This document shows positions 10,543 to 20,872 of a DNA stretch of 64,000 nucleotides, one piece after another. The stretch's first letter is position 1. Each line of letters starts with the position of its first letter. The notes under the pieces are model-generated. The model was not told the DNA's origin, searched no databases, and saw nothing but the letters and a program-made list of their open reading frames with translations. Origin of the DNA: Sphingomonadales bacterium (GTDB taxonomy: Bacteria > Pseudomonadota > Alphaproteobacteria > Sphingomonadales > Sphingomonadaceae); assembly GCA_028868535.1 (NCBI GenBank), contig JAGWUH010000004.1, positions 41,821 to 105,820 of the forward strand, read 5' to 3'. The translations under genes and the position numbers were made by a program.

Positions 10543-11574
10543 TCAGTTGCCCGGGGCGTCGTCGGCCACGGGGCGCCGGCCCGCGACGCGGCCGGAGGTG
10601 GGGTCAGTGCGAAACGGATCGCGCAGCGGGGCCACCCGGGTGCGTGACGGGGACTTGAGCAGCCGCTCGTCGATCAGGTCGAGCACCGGGTGGGCGTGGC
10701 GGAACTTGCGGGCGAAGTGCGCGCCCGATGCCAGCATCGCATCGAGATCGGCAGCGCCCAGCACGGCAGGGTGGGCACCGCCGCCGTTCCATTGCGCATA
10801 ACGGCGATTGTCGCGTTGCAGCGTCAGGTCCGGACGGTTGCACAGCACCGACTGGTAGTAGCATTCGTCCGCGCTGGCCCGCCAGCGCAGGTAGCGCCGC
10901 AGCCGCAAGTCGCGATCGTTGGGGACGAGCAGCGCCTGGGCGGCCTTGCGTGAACCGGAAAACCAGTGATCGCCGTAATGGCAGCGATAGTCCTCGGAGA
11001 ACGGGTGGCCCGGCGATTCGAACGGCAGGGTGATGGTGTGGCGTCCGAGGCGCGCACCGCCGGGGCCGTCGTGACGCAGCATCGGCAGCCAGAGCTGGGC
11101 GCCGGTGTAGCGCCCGCGCAGCATTTCGCGGTTGGGACTTGTCTCGAAATGGGTCAATGCCGGGTTGATCGGTCCGAACAGCCGCGCCGCGGCGGCGGCA
11201 TCGGCGCCGATCGGGCGATAGTCGAGCAGGGCATCGGCGCCGCTGGCAGCGAGCGCGGCGTGGACCTCTTCGGCCCGCGCGACCGGGTAATCGGCGGCGC
11301 TGAGCAACACGAACCAGTCCGGATCGGCGCGATCATAAAGGATTTCGAGCGCGGCGAGCGTCGCGCGGACCACCGAGAACTTGCCCCAGCTGGTCCTGAT
11401 CGCAGGGGTGACGAAGGCCACGTTGGCCGGAAACGCCCCGGGATCGAGCGGCGACTGCGTGGTATCGTGGTGGCAGGCGATCGGCGGGTTGCCGTAGACC
11501 CGGTTGAGGGCGGCGACGAGGCGAGCGAGCTGCTGGGGATTCTCGTGCGAGAGAATGACAAAACCCAGCATCAT
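10543..11574 (-). CDS. GT14 (core-2/I-branching-like) glycosyltransferase
   Basis: FVILSH, SWGKFSVV, LLSAADYP, DECYYQS, HFARKF. Confidence 0.82.
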   Translation of the reverse strand: MMLGFVILSHENPQQLARLVAALNRVYGNPPIACHHDTTQSPLDPGAFPANVAFVTPAIRTSWGKFSVVRATLAALEILYDRADPDWFVLLSAADYPVARAEEVHAALAASGADALLDYRPIGADAAAAARLFGPINPALTHFETSPNREMLRGRYTGAQLWLPMLRHDGPGGARLGRHTITLPFESPGHPFSEDYRCHYGDHWFSGSRKAAQALLVPNDRDLRLRRYLRWRASADECYYQSVLCNRPDLTLQRDNRRYAQWNGGGAHPAVLGAADLDAMLASGAHFARKFRHAHPVLDLIDERLLKSPSRTRVAPLRDPFRTDPTSGRVAGRRPVADDAPGN

Positions 11575-11786
11575 TCCCCAGCGTCCCGTTCAGTAATTCG
11601 ACCCCACCGGCCTCGACCATAATGCGCGATCACGCCGAAGACCATAGGGTAGCTGCCGTTGACAAGTTGCTAATGATTGCACTGCACAATCTGATGGATC
11701 GCAGTTGCAACCTGGTCGTAAAAATGCAAGCGACTGGCGGTGAACCGAAGTAACGAATAGTGGAAGCAGTCCAGCCGAATGTGCGC

Positions 11787-12578
11787 ATGCCATTGATACA
11801 GTTAAATTCCCTGTGGGTTGGGCCTCGACTCGATTATCTCGAGCGGCTTTGCCTTGCCTCCGCGGCCGCCGCCGGCCATCCCTTCACGCTGTGGAGTTAT
11901 GATCCGGGCACGCTGGAAGGGGTACCGCCGGGGACCGACGTGCGCGACGCTGCCGAAGTCATGCCGAAGTCCCGCCTGTTGCGCTATCGCGACACCGGCT
12001 CCGTCGCGCTGGGTGCGAACCTGTGGCGGATCGAACTGCTGGCCAAGGGTCTCGGCTGCTGGGTCGACATGGACTTCATCTTCCTCAAGCCGTTCGCCTT
12101 CGGGGACTATATCTTCGGCTGGGAATACGAGAACTGGATCAACAACGCGGTGCTCTATGCGCCGCGGGATTCGGCGATGGTGGCCGATCTCCAGGCGATT
12201 CCCCAGCCCAATCGCTGCCCGCCCTGGTACGGGCCGCGCCGCACGCTGAACTTCTACTGGCAACGACTCCGCAAGGGCCGCATCGAGCTGGAAGACTATC
12301 CCTGGGGCACGTTCAGTTCGGGCCTCGTCACCCACGTCGTCAAGCGCAACCACCTGCAGGCCGAGGCTCAGAAGCCCGACGTCTTCTATCCGGTGCGCTG
12401 GAAGGATGCCCGCGCCCTCTATGAACCGGCGGCGGTGGTCGAGGCGATGATCACACCCGAGACCTGCGCCGTGCACATGTGGAATTCGCGACTGCAGGAA
12501 CTGAAGGAGCACCCGCCGGCGCCAGGATCGTACATCGACCTCGCCTGCAAGCGTTTCGGGGTCGACCCGGCGGCCTGA
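11787..12578 (+). CDS. GT32-like DxD glycosyltransferase (alpha-1,4-GT-like)
   Basis: ANLWRIELL..GLGCWVDMD, INNAVL, VHMWN. Confidence 0.78.
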   Translation: MPLIQLNSLWVGPRLDYLERLCLASAAAAGHPFTLWSYDPGTLEGVPPGTDVRDAAEVMPKSRLLRYRDTGSVALGANLWRIELLAKGLGCWVDMDFIFLKPFAFGDYIFGWEYENWINNAVLYAPRDSAMVADLQAIPQPNRCPPWYGPRRTLNFYWQRLRKGRIELEDYPWGTFSSGLVTHVVKRNHLQAEAQKPDVFYPVRWKDARALYEPAAVVEAMITPETCAVHMWNSRLQELKEHPPAPGSYIDLACKRFGVDPAA

Positions 12579-12596
12579 CAGGCAAGGTCCGCCGGC

Positions 12597-12613
12597 TGCC
12601 CTGTTTCGGGACA
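12597..12613. promoter_or_regulatory. Candidate 17-bp operator upstream of the XrtV accessory gene
   Basis: TGCCCTG-TTT-CGGGACA, ~87 bp before the start. Confidence 0.4.
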
Positions 12614-12699
12614 ATCGCGGCAGGAGTCACTGGCTTTCCTGTCAAAACTTGGTATTTCCCGGATGCGCTGCAAACGGTGACAATAAAACGGAGGTTCGC

Positions 12700-12942
12700 T
12701 TGGAAACGGTCTGGGATTGGTTGACCGTATTCGGATTCGCCGGACTGGTCACCCTGCTGCTGCAGCGGTCTGCCGAGCAGGAACCGCGCGACCAGTTGTG
12801 GCAGTATGCCCCACCGTCAATCGGCTTCGCCGTTGCCAACTATCTCGGCAACCACGGGCAAGGCCTGTGGGCGGGCGTACTTCTGGTTGCTGTCGTCATC
12901 TATATTTTCAAGGTTCTCAAAGTCACCTTGCCGGGTCGTTGA
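12700..12942 (+). CDS. XrtV sorting-system accessory membrane protein
   Basis: TTG start after GGAGG; METVWDWLTVFGFAGLVTLLLQRS...ANYLGN; small hydrophobic protein in an exosortase V locus. Confidence 0.8.
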   Translation: METVWDWLTVFGFAGLVTLLLQRSAEQEPRDQLWQYAPPSIGFAVANYLGNHGQGLWAGVLLVAVVIYIFKVLKVTLPGR

Positions 12943-13738
12943 CGCTTCCGGTTCCAACGGCGTCGTCCGCCGCCCGGGAACGCCAGCGCCACCAGATCGC
13001 GAAGATCGCCGGGCCTTCGACCAGATAGCGGCGCCATAGTCGGCGCGGCTCGCTGAGCAGGCGATAGGCCCACTCGAGCCGGGCCGCCTGCCACAGGCGC
13101 GGCGCACGGCGCTTTTCGCCGGTCAGGAATTCCAGCGATGCACCGACGCAGAGAGCGACGCCACCGGCCTGGCCACGACGCTTGACGAGTTGCGCGACGA
13201 GTTCGCTCTGGGGCGCGCCGACGGTGAGCAGGGTCAGGTGCGGCCGGGCCTGCTCGATGAAGCGGGCGACCTCGAGCTGTGCAGCCGGATTGGTGCGCAG
13301 CCCCATCGGCGGCTGGTGCTGGGCCACCTCCGCCTGCGGCTGCGCCGCTGCCAGCCAACGCCGCTGCGGCTCGTTGCCGCCGATCAGCGCGATCCGGGTG
13401 CCGGCCGGCAAGGGCGAGCCCAGCAACCGTGCGGTCAGGTCGCTGCCCGCCACCACCGGCAGGTCGATCCCGCTCCACCGCGCGAGCAGCGCGAGGATAC
13501 GGCTGTCGCAAAGGCGCAGGTCCGCCTCCTCGTAGGCGGGCCACAGCATTGCGTCGCCGCCGTCCCGCGCGGCGCGGGCGAGGCGGACGACGTGATCGAC
13601 ATTCGGCGTGACCAGGTAGGCAAAGGCGGGCGCATCGCGGCGAGCCGCGATCCAGGCCAGGGCGTCCTGCTCGCGCATCGACGCAAAGCGCAGGCCGAGG
13701 AACCCGACCTCGGCCTGGCCGGCGGCAGTGTTGCTCAT
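12923..13738 (-). CDS. WecB/TagA/CpsF (GT26) glycosyltransferase
   Basis: VTPNVDH, GSDLT, VGAPQSE, RLEWAYRLLSEPRRLWRRY. Confidence 0.92.
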   Translation of the reverse strand: MSNTAAGQAEVGFLGLRFASMREQDALAWIAARRDAPAFAYLVTPNVDHVVRLARAARDGGDAMLWPAYEEADLRLCDSRILALLARWSGIDLPVVAGSDLTARLLGSPLPAGTRIALIGGNEPQRRWLAAAQPQAEVAQHQPPMGLRTNPAAQLEVARFIEQARPHLTLLTVGAPQSELVAQLVKRRGQAGGVALCVGASLEFLTGEKRRAPRLWQAARLEWAYRLLSEPRRLWRRYLVEGPAIFAIWWRWRSRAADDAVGTGSVNDPAR

Positions 13739-15315
13739 CGCCGCGGCAGACGTCCAAGCAGGCCGGCCGATCCCTGCTCCCCGGTGCGCAGGTCGACCCC
13801 GTAGAGGTGCCGCGCGGCATCCAGGCCTGTCTTGGCATCGTCGCTGCAGCGCGCCTCGGGCTGCTGCGCGCACAGTTCGCCATAAAGCTGCCAGCCGCTG
13901 ATCAAGGCGGGCGCGGCGCCGGTGAGCCGTCGGGCGATCGCCAGCGCACGCGATTTCTGGCCATTGCGCAACAGCCAATCGACATACCTGCGGGCGAACA
14001 GCGAATCCTGCAGGTTGTTGTCGAAACCGTCGCGAAACGCGAGGCTGACGCCGCTGGGATCGCCGCGCTGCGCGTGGGCGTCGGCCAGCGTCAGGTAACC
14101 GGCGGGATCGCCGGGGCAATTGGCCGCCGCGGTCTGCGCGGCCAGCACTGCGTCATCGCCGCGCCTCACCGCCAGACTGGCGCGCGCCTTGGCGAGCAGC
14201 GCGTCGCAATGAGTGGCATCGCCGGCCAGGATGGCATTGGCCTTGGCGAGCGCGTCGGCCGGATTGCCGCGCAGCACCGCGATGCGTGCACGCAGCGCGG
14301 CGACGTCGTTGCCGGCGGGGGCGCCGGCCAGTGCGGCGTCGGCCTGGTCGGGCTGGTTGTGATCGATGAAGAAACGCGCGACGACCTTGCGCGCGGCGAG
14401 CCCGGCCTTCGAGGCGAACTGGCGGAGCGCGGGCGCGTCGAAGGGGTTGGGATCGTATTCGTTCCACAAGCGGCCGATCGCCTGGGCATCGCCGTCACTG
14501 AGGGGCTTGGCGACGAGTGCGCCCTGCAGGATCGCCCGCGCGCGCGGGGCGTCTCCCAGCTTGTAGAGCGTGTTGGCCTCGTCGATGTCATGCTTGCGCT
14601 CGTTCGGGGCAAGACGGCGGAGCCTCTCGAGGATCGCCACCATTTCGGGCCCTTCATCGCGCCGGCGATGCAGTTCGAGCTGGGTAATGGCAAGGCCGAC
14701 GGTCTCGCCACTCGCCTTTACCGCCGTATCGACCGCGGCATAGGCTTCATCCTGCCGGCCCAGCAGGGCTAGCGCCCGCGCCTTGAGAATGACCGCACCC
14801 TCGTCGCTGGGACGGATGGCGATGATCGCGTCGGCATCCTTGAGCGCGTCCTCGAACTTGCGCTTGATGGTGTGGTGAATGCCCTTGATCAGCAGCGCGC
14901 TGATGTTGTTGGGATCGAGCGTCAGGATACGATCGGCGGCGTCCTCCGACTCCTCGATGCGGCCGACCTGGAGACCGAGATTGGCGACCCCGAGCAGCGC
15001 CTCGACATTGCTGGAATCGAGCGAAAGCGCGTTGCTGTAGGCTTCGTACGCGGTGCGTACCGAGCCGGCCGCCAACTCGATCCGACCGCGCAGCAGTTGC
15101 AGTTCGGCGATATCGTCTCGATCCTGCACCGCGTCCCTGATAGTACGCCGCGCTGCAGCAATCTGGCCGCTTTCGAGTTGCGATTGCGCCACGGCGCCCG
15201 CCTCAAGAGCAGATTTGCGCGGGTCTGAGCAACCGTTAACTAATGAAGCGGCAGTCAGAAAAGTTAAAATCCCGACCCGGCGCAAAATACGGTAAATTGG
15301 CTGGCATGAAGACAT
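13735..15315 (-). CDS. TPR-repeat lipoprotein (PrsT-like, PEP-CTERM/EPS associated)
   Basis: Lipobox VNGC, Ala-rich helical TPR-like repeats, AAGGA RBS. Confidence 0.78.
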   Translation of the reverse strand: MSSCQPIYRILRRVGILTFLTAASLVNGCSDPRKSALEAGAVAQSQLESGQIAAARRTIRDAVQDRDDIAELQLLRGRIELAAGSVRTAYEAYSNALSLDSSNVEALLGVANLGLQVGRIEESEDAADRILTLDPNNISALLIKGIHHTIKRKFEDALKDADAIIAIRPSDEGAVILKARALALLGRQDEAYAAVDTAVKASGETVGLAITQLELHRRRDEGPEMVAILERLRRLAPNERKHDIDEANTLYKLGDAPRARAILQGALVAKPLSDGDAQAIGRLWNEYDPNPFDAPALRQFASKAGLAARKVVARFFIDHNQPDQADAALAGAPAGNDVAALRARIAVLRGNPADALAKANAILAGDATHCDALLAKARASLAVRRGDDAVLAAQTAAANCPGDPAGYLTLADAHAQRGDPSGVSLAFRDGFDNNLQDSLFARRYVDWLLRNGQKSRALAIARRLTGAAPALISGWQLYGELCAQQPEARCSDDAKTGLDAARHLYGVDLRTGEQGSAGLLGRLPRR

Positions 15316-15370
15316 GGTGTTCCTTATAGCAAGCCCGTTGTCCTAGTCGACCCGTTTGGAAGGAACCCGA

Positions 15371-16069
15371 ATGAGCTTGTGGAAGCAAGGTGCGCTTGCC
15401 GCGGCATGCGCCGCTGGAACGTGCGTCATCGTGATCCCGACCGCAACGGCGCAGACCATTGCGCCCGCCGCCGTCGCCCCCGCGGCAAGCACGGCGCCGG
15501 CCGCCACCGCACCCGCCGCGGCAGCACCCACCGGACCGGGGCCGTCCGGCTCGGCGCCGGGAATCAACACGTCGACCTATCGCATCAACCCGGGCGACGA
15601 GCTCGAGATCTACGTCTGGGGCGAGGAGCGCCTGCAGCGCACGGTGAAGGTGCTGCCCGACGGCACGCTGGCGTTCCCGCTGGTCGGCCAGCTCAAGGTC
15701 CAGGGCATGCTGCCGCACGACCTCGAGCTCGCGGTCAGCGATCGGCTCAAGGACCAGTACCGCGGCCAGGTGCCGCAGGTGACCGTCTCGATCAAGGCGC
15801 CGACCGGGCTGCAGTTCTCGGTGATGGGCAAGGTCCGGTCGCCGGGAACCTTCAGCCCCGGGCGCTATACCACCATCCTCGAGGCGCTGAGCCTCGCCGG
15901 GGGTCCCGGCGAGTTCGCCAATCTTGATGGCGTCGTGGTGCTCCGCAAGCAGGGCGGCCACATGACCACGCTGCGCTACAAGCTGAACTCGCTGTTCAAG
16001 TCTGGCACGGGCAACATCGACGCCGCGCAAGCGGAAATCGAGCCCGGCGACATGATCATCGTCCCGTGA
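15371..16069 (+). CDS. Polysaccharide export protein (Wza/Poly_export + SLBB)
   Basis: YRINPGDELEIYVW..VLPDG..FPLVG, GKVRSPG, EALSLAGG, IEPGDMIIVP. Confidence 0.9.
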   Translation: MSLWKQGALAAACAAGTCVIVIPTATAQTIAPAAVAPAASTAPAATAPAAAAPTGPGPSGSAPGINTSTYRINPGDELEIYVWGEERLQRTVKVLPDGTLAFPLVGQLKVQGMLPHDLELAVSDRLKDQYRGQVPQVTVSIKAPTGLQFSVMGKVRSPGTFSPGRYTTILEALSLAGGPGEFANLDGVVVLRKQGGHMTTLRYKLNSLFKSGTGNIDAAQAEIEPGDMIIVP

Positions 16070-17301
16070 GCGGCTTGGTGGAACGGCCGGCGCAGCCGCT
16101 GCGCGCCATCGCCCTGTCAATCGCCCCCGGGGCGCTGTGCATCGCCGTGCCGGCGGTGGCGCGGACCGAGGCCGGGGTCGAGGTCGGCGTTTCCGGCACG
16201 GTCTCGTCCAACCCGGACCTGGTCAACAATCCCAAGACCGGCGTCTCGGGCGTGGGGACGATCGTGCCCTGGGTCCGTTTCGAGAGCGAGCTGTCGACGA
16301 TCGCCGTCATGGGCAACCTGGAGTACCAGAAGTACACCAATCGCTACAGCTCGCACGTGACGGCATGGGCCTCCGTCAACGCCAACCGCCGGCTCTCGGA
16401 GAACGTTTCCGTCGCCGGGGGGCTGACCTATCGCCGGACCAGCACCGTGCTCGACACGTTCCTGGCCACCGGCGCCGGCAGCGTCATCCCGGGTTCGGGC
16501 GAAGTCCAGATCCCGACCGCGCCGATCCCCGATGTCAGCTTCGGCAATGGTCGGACCCGCAGCGAGAGCTATGAGGGCAGCCTGTCGCTGAGCGTCACGC
16601 CCGGAGAGCGAAGCAGCCTCAGTGCTTCCGCGGGCTTCCAGCTTTCGCGCTATCCGTCGCTGACCGGCGCGAACTCCAACAACCTGCATGGTTCGCTCGG
16701 CTACAACTACCAGCTGTCGCAGCGCGCCGGGGTCAACGCCAGCGTCTCTTTCGCGCGGTACGACTTCCTCGGCACCCGCGTCGGTGATGGCTGGACGGTC
16801 ACGCCGCAGCTCGGCGGCTCCTACCGGCTCAACGAGTCGGTCTCGCTGAGCGGCAGTCTCGGCGCATCGCTGTCGCGCTCGCACCGGCCCGACGGCACGA
16901 TCCGGGAGTTCACCGTGTTCTCCGGCGACCTGTCGCTGTGCAAGACCGCGAAGCGCACCAAGTACTGCCTGAATGCGAGCCGTTCGGCACAGTCGACGGC
17001 GCTGGGTGGCGCCTCGGCGGTCAACCAGGTCAAGTTCAACATGGCACGGGCGATCGGCCAGTACGATTCCTTCTCGGCCGACATCAACTATTCGCGGTAC
17101 GACAGCCCGACCATCCTTGGGGTGGTCGGCCGGGTGTCGCAGTTCTACGGCGTTTCGAGTTCCTATTCGCACAGCTTCGCGGGCCGGCGCCTGAGCGCGG
17201 TGGTTACGCCCAGCTTCGTGCGGTTGACCGACGACAACGGTTCCAAGAACAATTTCGAGATCCGCATCGGCGTACGTTACAGGTTTGGGGGCCGGACATG
17301 A
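16066..17301 (+). CDS. Outer-membrane beta-barrel protein of the EPS export locus
   Basis: Signal peptide, alternating beta-strand pattern, C-terminal GVRYRF; lies between wza and wzz. Confidence 0.72.
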   Translation: MSGLVERPAQPLRAIALSIAPGALCIAVPAVARTEAGVEVGVSGTVSSNPDLVNNPKTGVSGVGTIVPWVRFESELSTIAVMGNLEYQKYTNRYSSHVTAWASVNANRRLSENVSVAGGLTYRRTSTVLDTFLATGAGSVIPGSGEVQIPTAPIPDVSFGNGRTRSESYEGSLSLSVTPGERSSLSASAGFQLSRYPSLTGANSNNLHGSLGYNYQLSQRAGVNASVSFARYDFLGTRVGDGWTVTPQLGGSYRLNESVSLSGSLGASLSRSHRPDGTIREFTVFSGDLSLCKTAKRTKYCLNASRSAQSTALGGASAVNQVKFNMARAIGQYDSFSADINYSRYDSPTILGVVGRVSQFYGVSSSYSHSFAGRRLSAVVTPSFVRLTDDNGSKNNFEIRIGVRYRFGGRT

Positions 17302-18740
17302 ACCGGATGGTTGATCTCGAGGAGCCGCAAGGCGGCAATTTCATTACCTACCTGCCCGCGATCCTGTGGCAGCGGCGCTGGTTCATTATCATTCCGCTGA
17401 TCATCGGCATCGTTGCCGCGCTGGTTGCGGTCATCGTCATTCCCCCGACTTACCGGTCGAGCGCACTGATGCTGGTGCGATCGGCGCAGCTGTCGAAATC
17501 GACGATCGGCGCCGATGGCAACGAGGACGTCAATCGCCGCATCGCCCAGATCAACGAGCAGCTGACCAGCCGCCCGGACCTTGTCGCGCTGATCGAGAAG
17601 TACTCGCTCTACAAGGACCTGCGCTCGAGCCGGCCGCTGTCGGAAGTGATCGAGAAGATGCGCGACGCCATCAAGCTGACGCCCAGCACCGGCGAGAACG
17701 ACGGCTCGGGCGACCGCACCATCGGGTTCCGCCTGTCGTTCGATTATGGCGAGGCAGCGCCGGCCCAAGCCGTCGCGCAGGACCTGATGCAGCGCATCGT
17801 CGAACTCGACGCGACCGGCAACAGCGAACAGGCGGCCCGGCGCGTGGCGTTCCTGACCGAGGAAGCCAAGGGGCTGGAGCAGCAGATCACCGACCTGCAA
17901 GGCAAGATCTCGGGCATCACCGCGCAAAACGGCGGCATCCTGTCGAACGGCGGCGGCATGGTGTTCGGTGGCAGCGGCGGCAGCTACGACGTGCAGATCG
18001 CCGCCTTGCAGCGCGATAACGCCAATCTGAACATGCAGCGAGATCTCGCGCGCAAGTCGGATAACCGCGACCCGGCGGTGGCCGCGGCCGAAGCCCAGTT
18101 GGCAGCGGCACGCGCGGTCTATTCCGAACACCATCCGGACGTGATCTTCGCCAAGCAGCGCCTGGCCGAAGCGCGCGAGCTGGCCAAGAGCAACACCGGC
18201 AAGCTGCCTTTCGAGGCGATCGACCAGCAGATCGCGTTCAACAACTCCCAGCTGGCGGCGTTGCGCGCCGCCAAGGTCCAGGAGCAGTCGGCGATGATTG
18301 CGGCGCGCACCGCGCAGTCGCGGGGTCCGCTGGTGCAGACGCAGCTGGCGCAGTTGCAGCAGCAGCTCTCCGACGTGAACGCCAAGTACCAGGGCGTCTC
18401 GACCCAGCTGATGGCGGCGAGGGCCGGCGTCCGCGCCGAGGACGAGCAACTCGGCGAGCGCCTGGTCGTCGTCGACCCGCCGGTCATTCCCGACAAGCCG
18501 GTCTGGCCCGATCGCCTGCTGCTCGCGGCGCTGGGTATCGGTGGCGGACTGGGCATCGGCCTGGTGCTGGCACTGGGCATGGAACTGCTGCTGCAGCCGA
18601 TCCGCGACCCGGCATCCCTCGCCGCCCTGGTGGGCAGCGCGCCACTGGCGACGATCCCGCTGATCCAGGAGCGTCCCAAGCCGCAGCAGGAAGAGAAGCG
18701 CTGGTCCTTCATTCCCTGGAAGTGGGCACGATCGCGATGA
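17298..18740 (+). CDS. GumC/Wzz-type polysaccharide co-polymerase
   Basis: N-terminal TM + PPTYRSSA, coiled coil, YSEHHPDV, VDPPVIPDKPVWP + C-terminal TM. Confidence 0.9.
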   Translation: MNRMVDLEEPQGGNFITYLPAILWQRRWFIIIPLIIGIVAALVAVIVIPPTYRSSALMLVRSAQLSKSTIGADGNEDVNRRIAQINEQLTSRPDLVALIEKYSLYKDLRSSRPLSEVIEKMRDAIKLTPSTGENDGSGDRTIGFRLSFDYGEAAPAQAVAQDLMQRIVELDATGNSEQAARRVAFLTEEAKGLEQQITDLQGKISGITAQNGGILSNGGGMVFGGSGGSYDVQIAALQRDNANLNMQRDLARKSDNRDPAVAAAEAQLAAARAVYSEHHPDVIFAKQRLAEARELAKSNTGKLPFEAIDQQIAFNNSQLAALRAAKVQEQSAMIAARTAQSRGPLVQTQLAQLQQQLSDVNAKYQGVSTQLMAARAGVRAEDEQLGERLVVVDPPVIPDKPVWPDRLLLAALGIGGGLGIGLVLALGMELLLQPIRDPASLAALVGSAPLATIPLIQERPKPQQEEKRWSFIPWKWARSR

Positions 18741-19543
18741 ACGAGGTAACCCCCATGAATGCCACGACGCTCGGGAACGGCGCCTCGCTGCACATACCGT
18801 CTGTCGCCGACCTGCAGGTCTACCAGCCGGAAGCGGAAACGCTGGAGAACCACTTCATCGTCGGCTTCGACAGCCGCGACGTGCGGGCCAGGCCCTTCAA
18901 CCTGGTTCGCACGCAGGTTGCCAAGCGGCTGGCCAGCCGCGGCGCCCGCATCGTCGGCATCACGTCGGCGACGCCGGACGCCGGCAAGTCCTTCTTCTCG
19001 CTGAACCTGGCAGCCTCGCTGTCCCGCGTCGCCGAGCAGACCGTCTACCTGGTCGATCTCGACTTGCGCCGCGGTTCGATTGCGACCGAGCTGGGGATGA
19101 CGCCCAAGCTGGGCGTTTCGGACTTCCTGGACGGGACCACGGACGATCTTGGCAGCCTCGGCTGGCGGGTCGACAATTCGGATCTGGCCGTGTTCCCCAC
19201 CCGTTCGATCCGGGGCAACTCCGCCGAGCTGATGGCGAGCGAGCGCTTTGCCCAGCTCGTCGAATCGTTCCGCAGCCTGCCGGACAACGCGATCGTGCTG
19301 TGCGACATGCCACCTGCGTTCGCCAACGACGACACGATGATCGCCATGCAGAAGCTCGACGGCTTCTTCATGGTCATCGACAGCGGCCGCACGACCAAGC
19401 GACAGGTGCGCGACACGATGGAGATGTTGCAGCCGGCCCCTTGCTTCGGCGCGGTGATGAACCGGTACAAGGGCGCGCTGATGGACAGCTACGGCTATGG
19501 CTACGGCTATGGCTCGAAGATGTACGACGCCTACTACAACTAA
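18737..19543 (+). CDS. CpsD/CapB-family BY-kinase (split Wzc)
   Basis: Walker A SATPDAGKS, LVDLDLRR, LCDMPP, C-terminal Tyr cluster YGYGYGYGSKMYDAYYN. Confidence 0.92.
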   Translation: MNEVTPMNATTLGNGASLHIPSVADLQVYQPEAETLENHFIVGFDSRDVRARPFNLVRTQVAKRLASRGARIVGITSATPDAGKSFFSLNLAASLSRVAEQTVYLVDLDLRRGSIATELGMTPKLGVSDFLDGTTDDLGSLGWRVDNSDLAVFPTRSIRGNSAELMASERFAQLVESFRSLPDNAIVLCDMPPAFANDDTMIAMQKLDGFFMVIDSGRTTKRQVRDTMEMLQPAPCFGAVMNRYKGALMDSYGYGYGYGSKMYDAYYN

Positions 19544-19813
19544 CGGCCCCGTCGGCCATCGCGGTGATGGGACGACGCCGGCGCCGGGATCGACTCGGCA
19601 CAGGCGTTGGCCAACCCCCTGCATTCATTGCAGATTTGAGTCATCGCCTTGCAGGTTGAAAGTCTAAAATGACTTGGTGACCGACAATGCTTTGCAATAC
19701 TTTACCGGTTTTTCGCAGTTGCCGCATTTTGCGGTTCATTCTCACTAATTTGGCCGCTACAATTGAGGTCGAAAAACGCGCTAAGATGCTGATTGTAATA
19801 GATAAATTGTATT

Positions 19814-19830
19814 AGTCCCAAAATGGGTCA
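19814..19830. promoter_or_regulatory. Candidate 17-bp operator upstream of PEP-CTERM gene 3
   Basis: AGTCCCA-AAA-TGGGTCA, ~102 bp before the ATG in an AT-rich spacer. Confidence 0.5.
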
Positions 19831-19931
19831 GAGTAAAATTTAACGCTTTCGCAAGGAACCCGAATCGGTTATACGTAGTTCAACGAAATTGGGTGCCACC
19901 CTGGTGCCGCAGTCAGACAAGGGGACTATCA

Positions 19932-20633
19932 ATGAAGCGGATTTTCACAATCGCGGCAACGGTTTCGGCCCTGGCGGGTGCGACCCAGGCGCACGCCACC
20001 GATTTCATTCTTACGAGCGATATCCTTAACCACGCCCAGGCGAAGCACTTCTACATCGACTCGTCGACGGCGACTTCGGTCAACGCCAACCTCGGCAACA
20101 CCGTGAACACCGGGTCGTTCACCGACTACTACTTCTTCTCGCCGCTTGTTGCTTCGGTGGGTTCGGGTTCGTCGACCTCCAGCGCCACCAACTTCCAGTT
20201 CGGCAACGGTGGCGGCCTGAACGCAATCTCGATCACCTCGTTCAGCCTTGCTGACCTGAGCGCCACGCTCGCGGGTGAATTCGTGAACGCTTTCACCACC
20301 AACTCGGCCAGCACCTACCTGTCCAACTCGCTGGACATCGGTAACTGGGTGCGCTCGAACTCGGGCCTCGCGATCAACACCTGGACCGCGAACACCGACA
20401 TCGGCAACCTGCGCCAGGCCCACATCGACGGCGTTCCGCTCGCCGCCGGCGACTTCTACGTGATCAAGATCCAGGGCACCGCCGCGGTCAACAACTCGAA
20501 CTACACCGGCACCCTGAACTCGACGTCGGTCCCCGAGCCGGCCACCTGGGCGATGATGCTGGTCGGCTTCGGCGCCGTCGGTTTCGCGATGCGCCGCCGC
20601 CAGGAGCAGGCCAAGGTCCGCTTCGCTTTCTGA
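19932..20633 (+). CDS. PEPxxWA-CTERM surface protein 3 (FxDxF-like N-terminal motif)
   Basis: Signal ending AHA, GSFTDYYFF, VPEPATWAMMLVGF, RRR, ends VRFAF; own terminator. Confidence 0.92.
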   Translation: MKRIFTIAATVSALAGATQAHATDFILTSDILNHAQAKHFYIDSSTATSVNANLGNTVNTGSFTDYYFFSPLVASVGSGSSTSSATNFQFGNGGGLNAISITSFSLADLSATLAGEFVNAFTTNSASTYLSNSLDIGNWVRSNSGLAINTWTANTDIGNLRQAHIDGVPLAAGDFYVIKIQGTAAVNNSNYTGTLNSTSVPEPATWAMMLVGFGAVGFAMRRRQEQAKVRFAF

Positions 20634-20656
20634 GCCATCGCGCCAGATCGAACAAG

Positions 20657-20691
20657 ACAACGGCGGCCGAAAGGCCGCCGTTGTTCTTTTT
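20657..20691 (+). terminator. Rho-independent terminator
   Basis: ACAACGGCGGCC-GAAA-GGCCGCCGTTGT-TCTTTTT. Confidence 0.85.
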
Positions 20692-20872
20692 GGGCCAGAC
20701 GCAATCCACCCGGTCTGAAAACCCCCCGACGGTGGAGCCATAAACCGGTTATCAAGCCGGCTGCTAGGCCGCTACAGCGCTGCAACAACGTGGCATGAAG
20801 TGCCGAACCTGAGAGACAGGGATCGCACGCCAAGACCCTCGCGATCGCCGTCCTGGCGCCCGCAGCCACGGT

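Noticed and set aside
15460-15560. Ala/Pro-rich low-complexity stretch in Wza (similar one at ~41720-41800)
   Set aside because: Ordinary flexible linker, not a tandem DNA repeat.
19544-19931. AT-rich 390-bp spacer as an sRNA or foreign DNA
   Set aside because: No recognisable RNA family or terminator-bounded unit; consistent with a promoter region.
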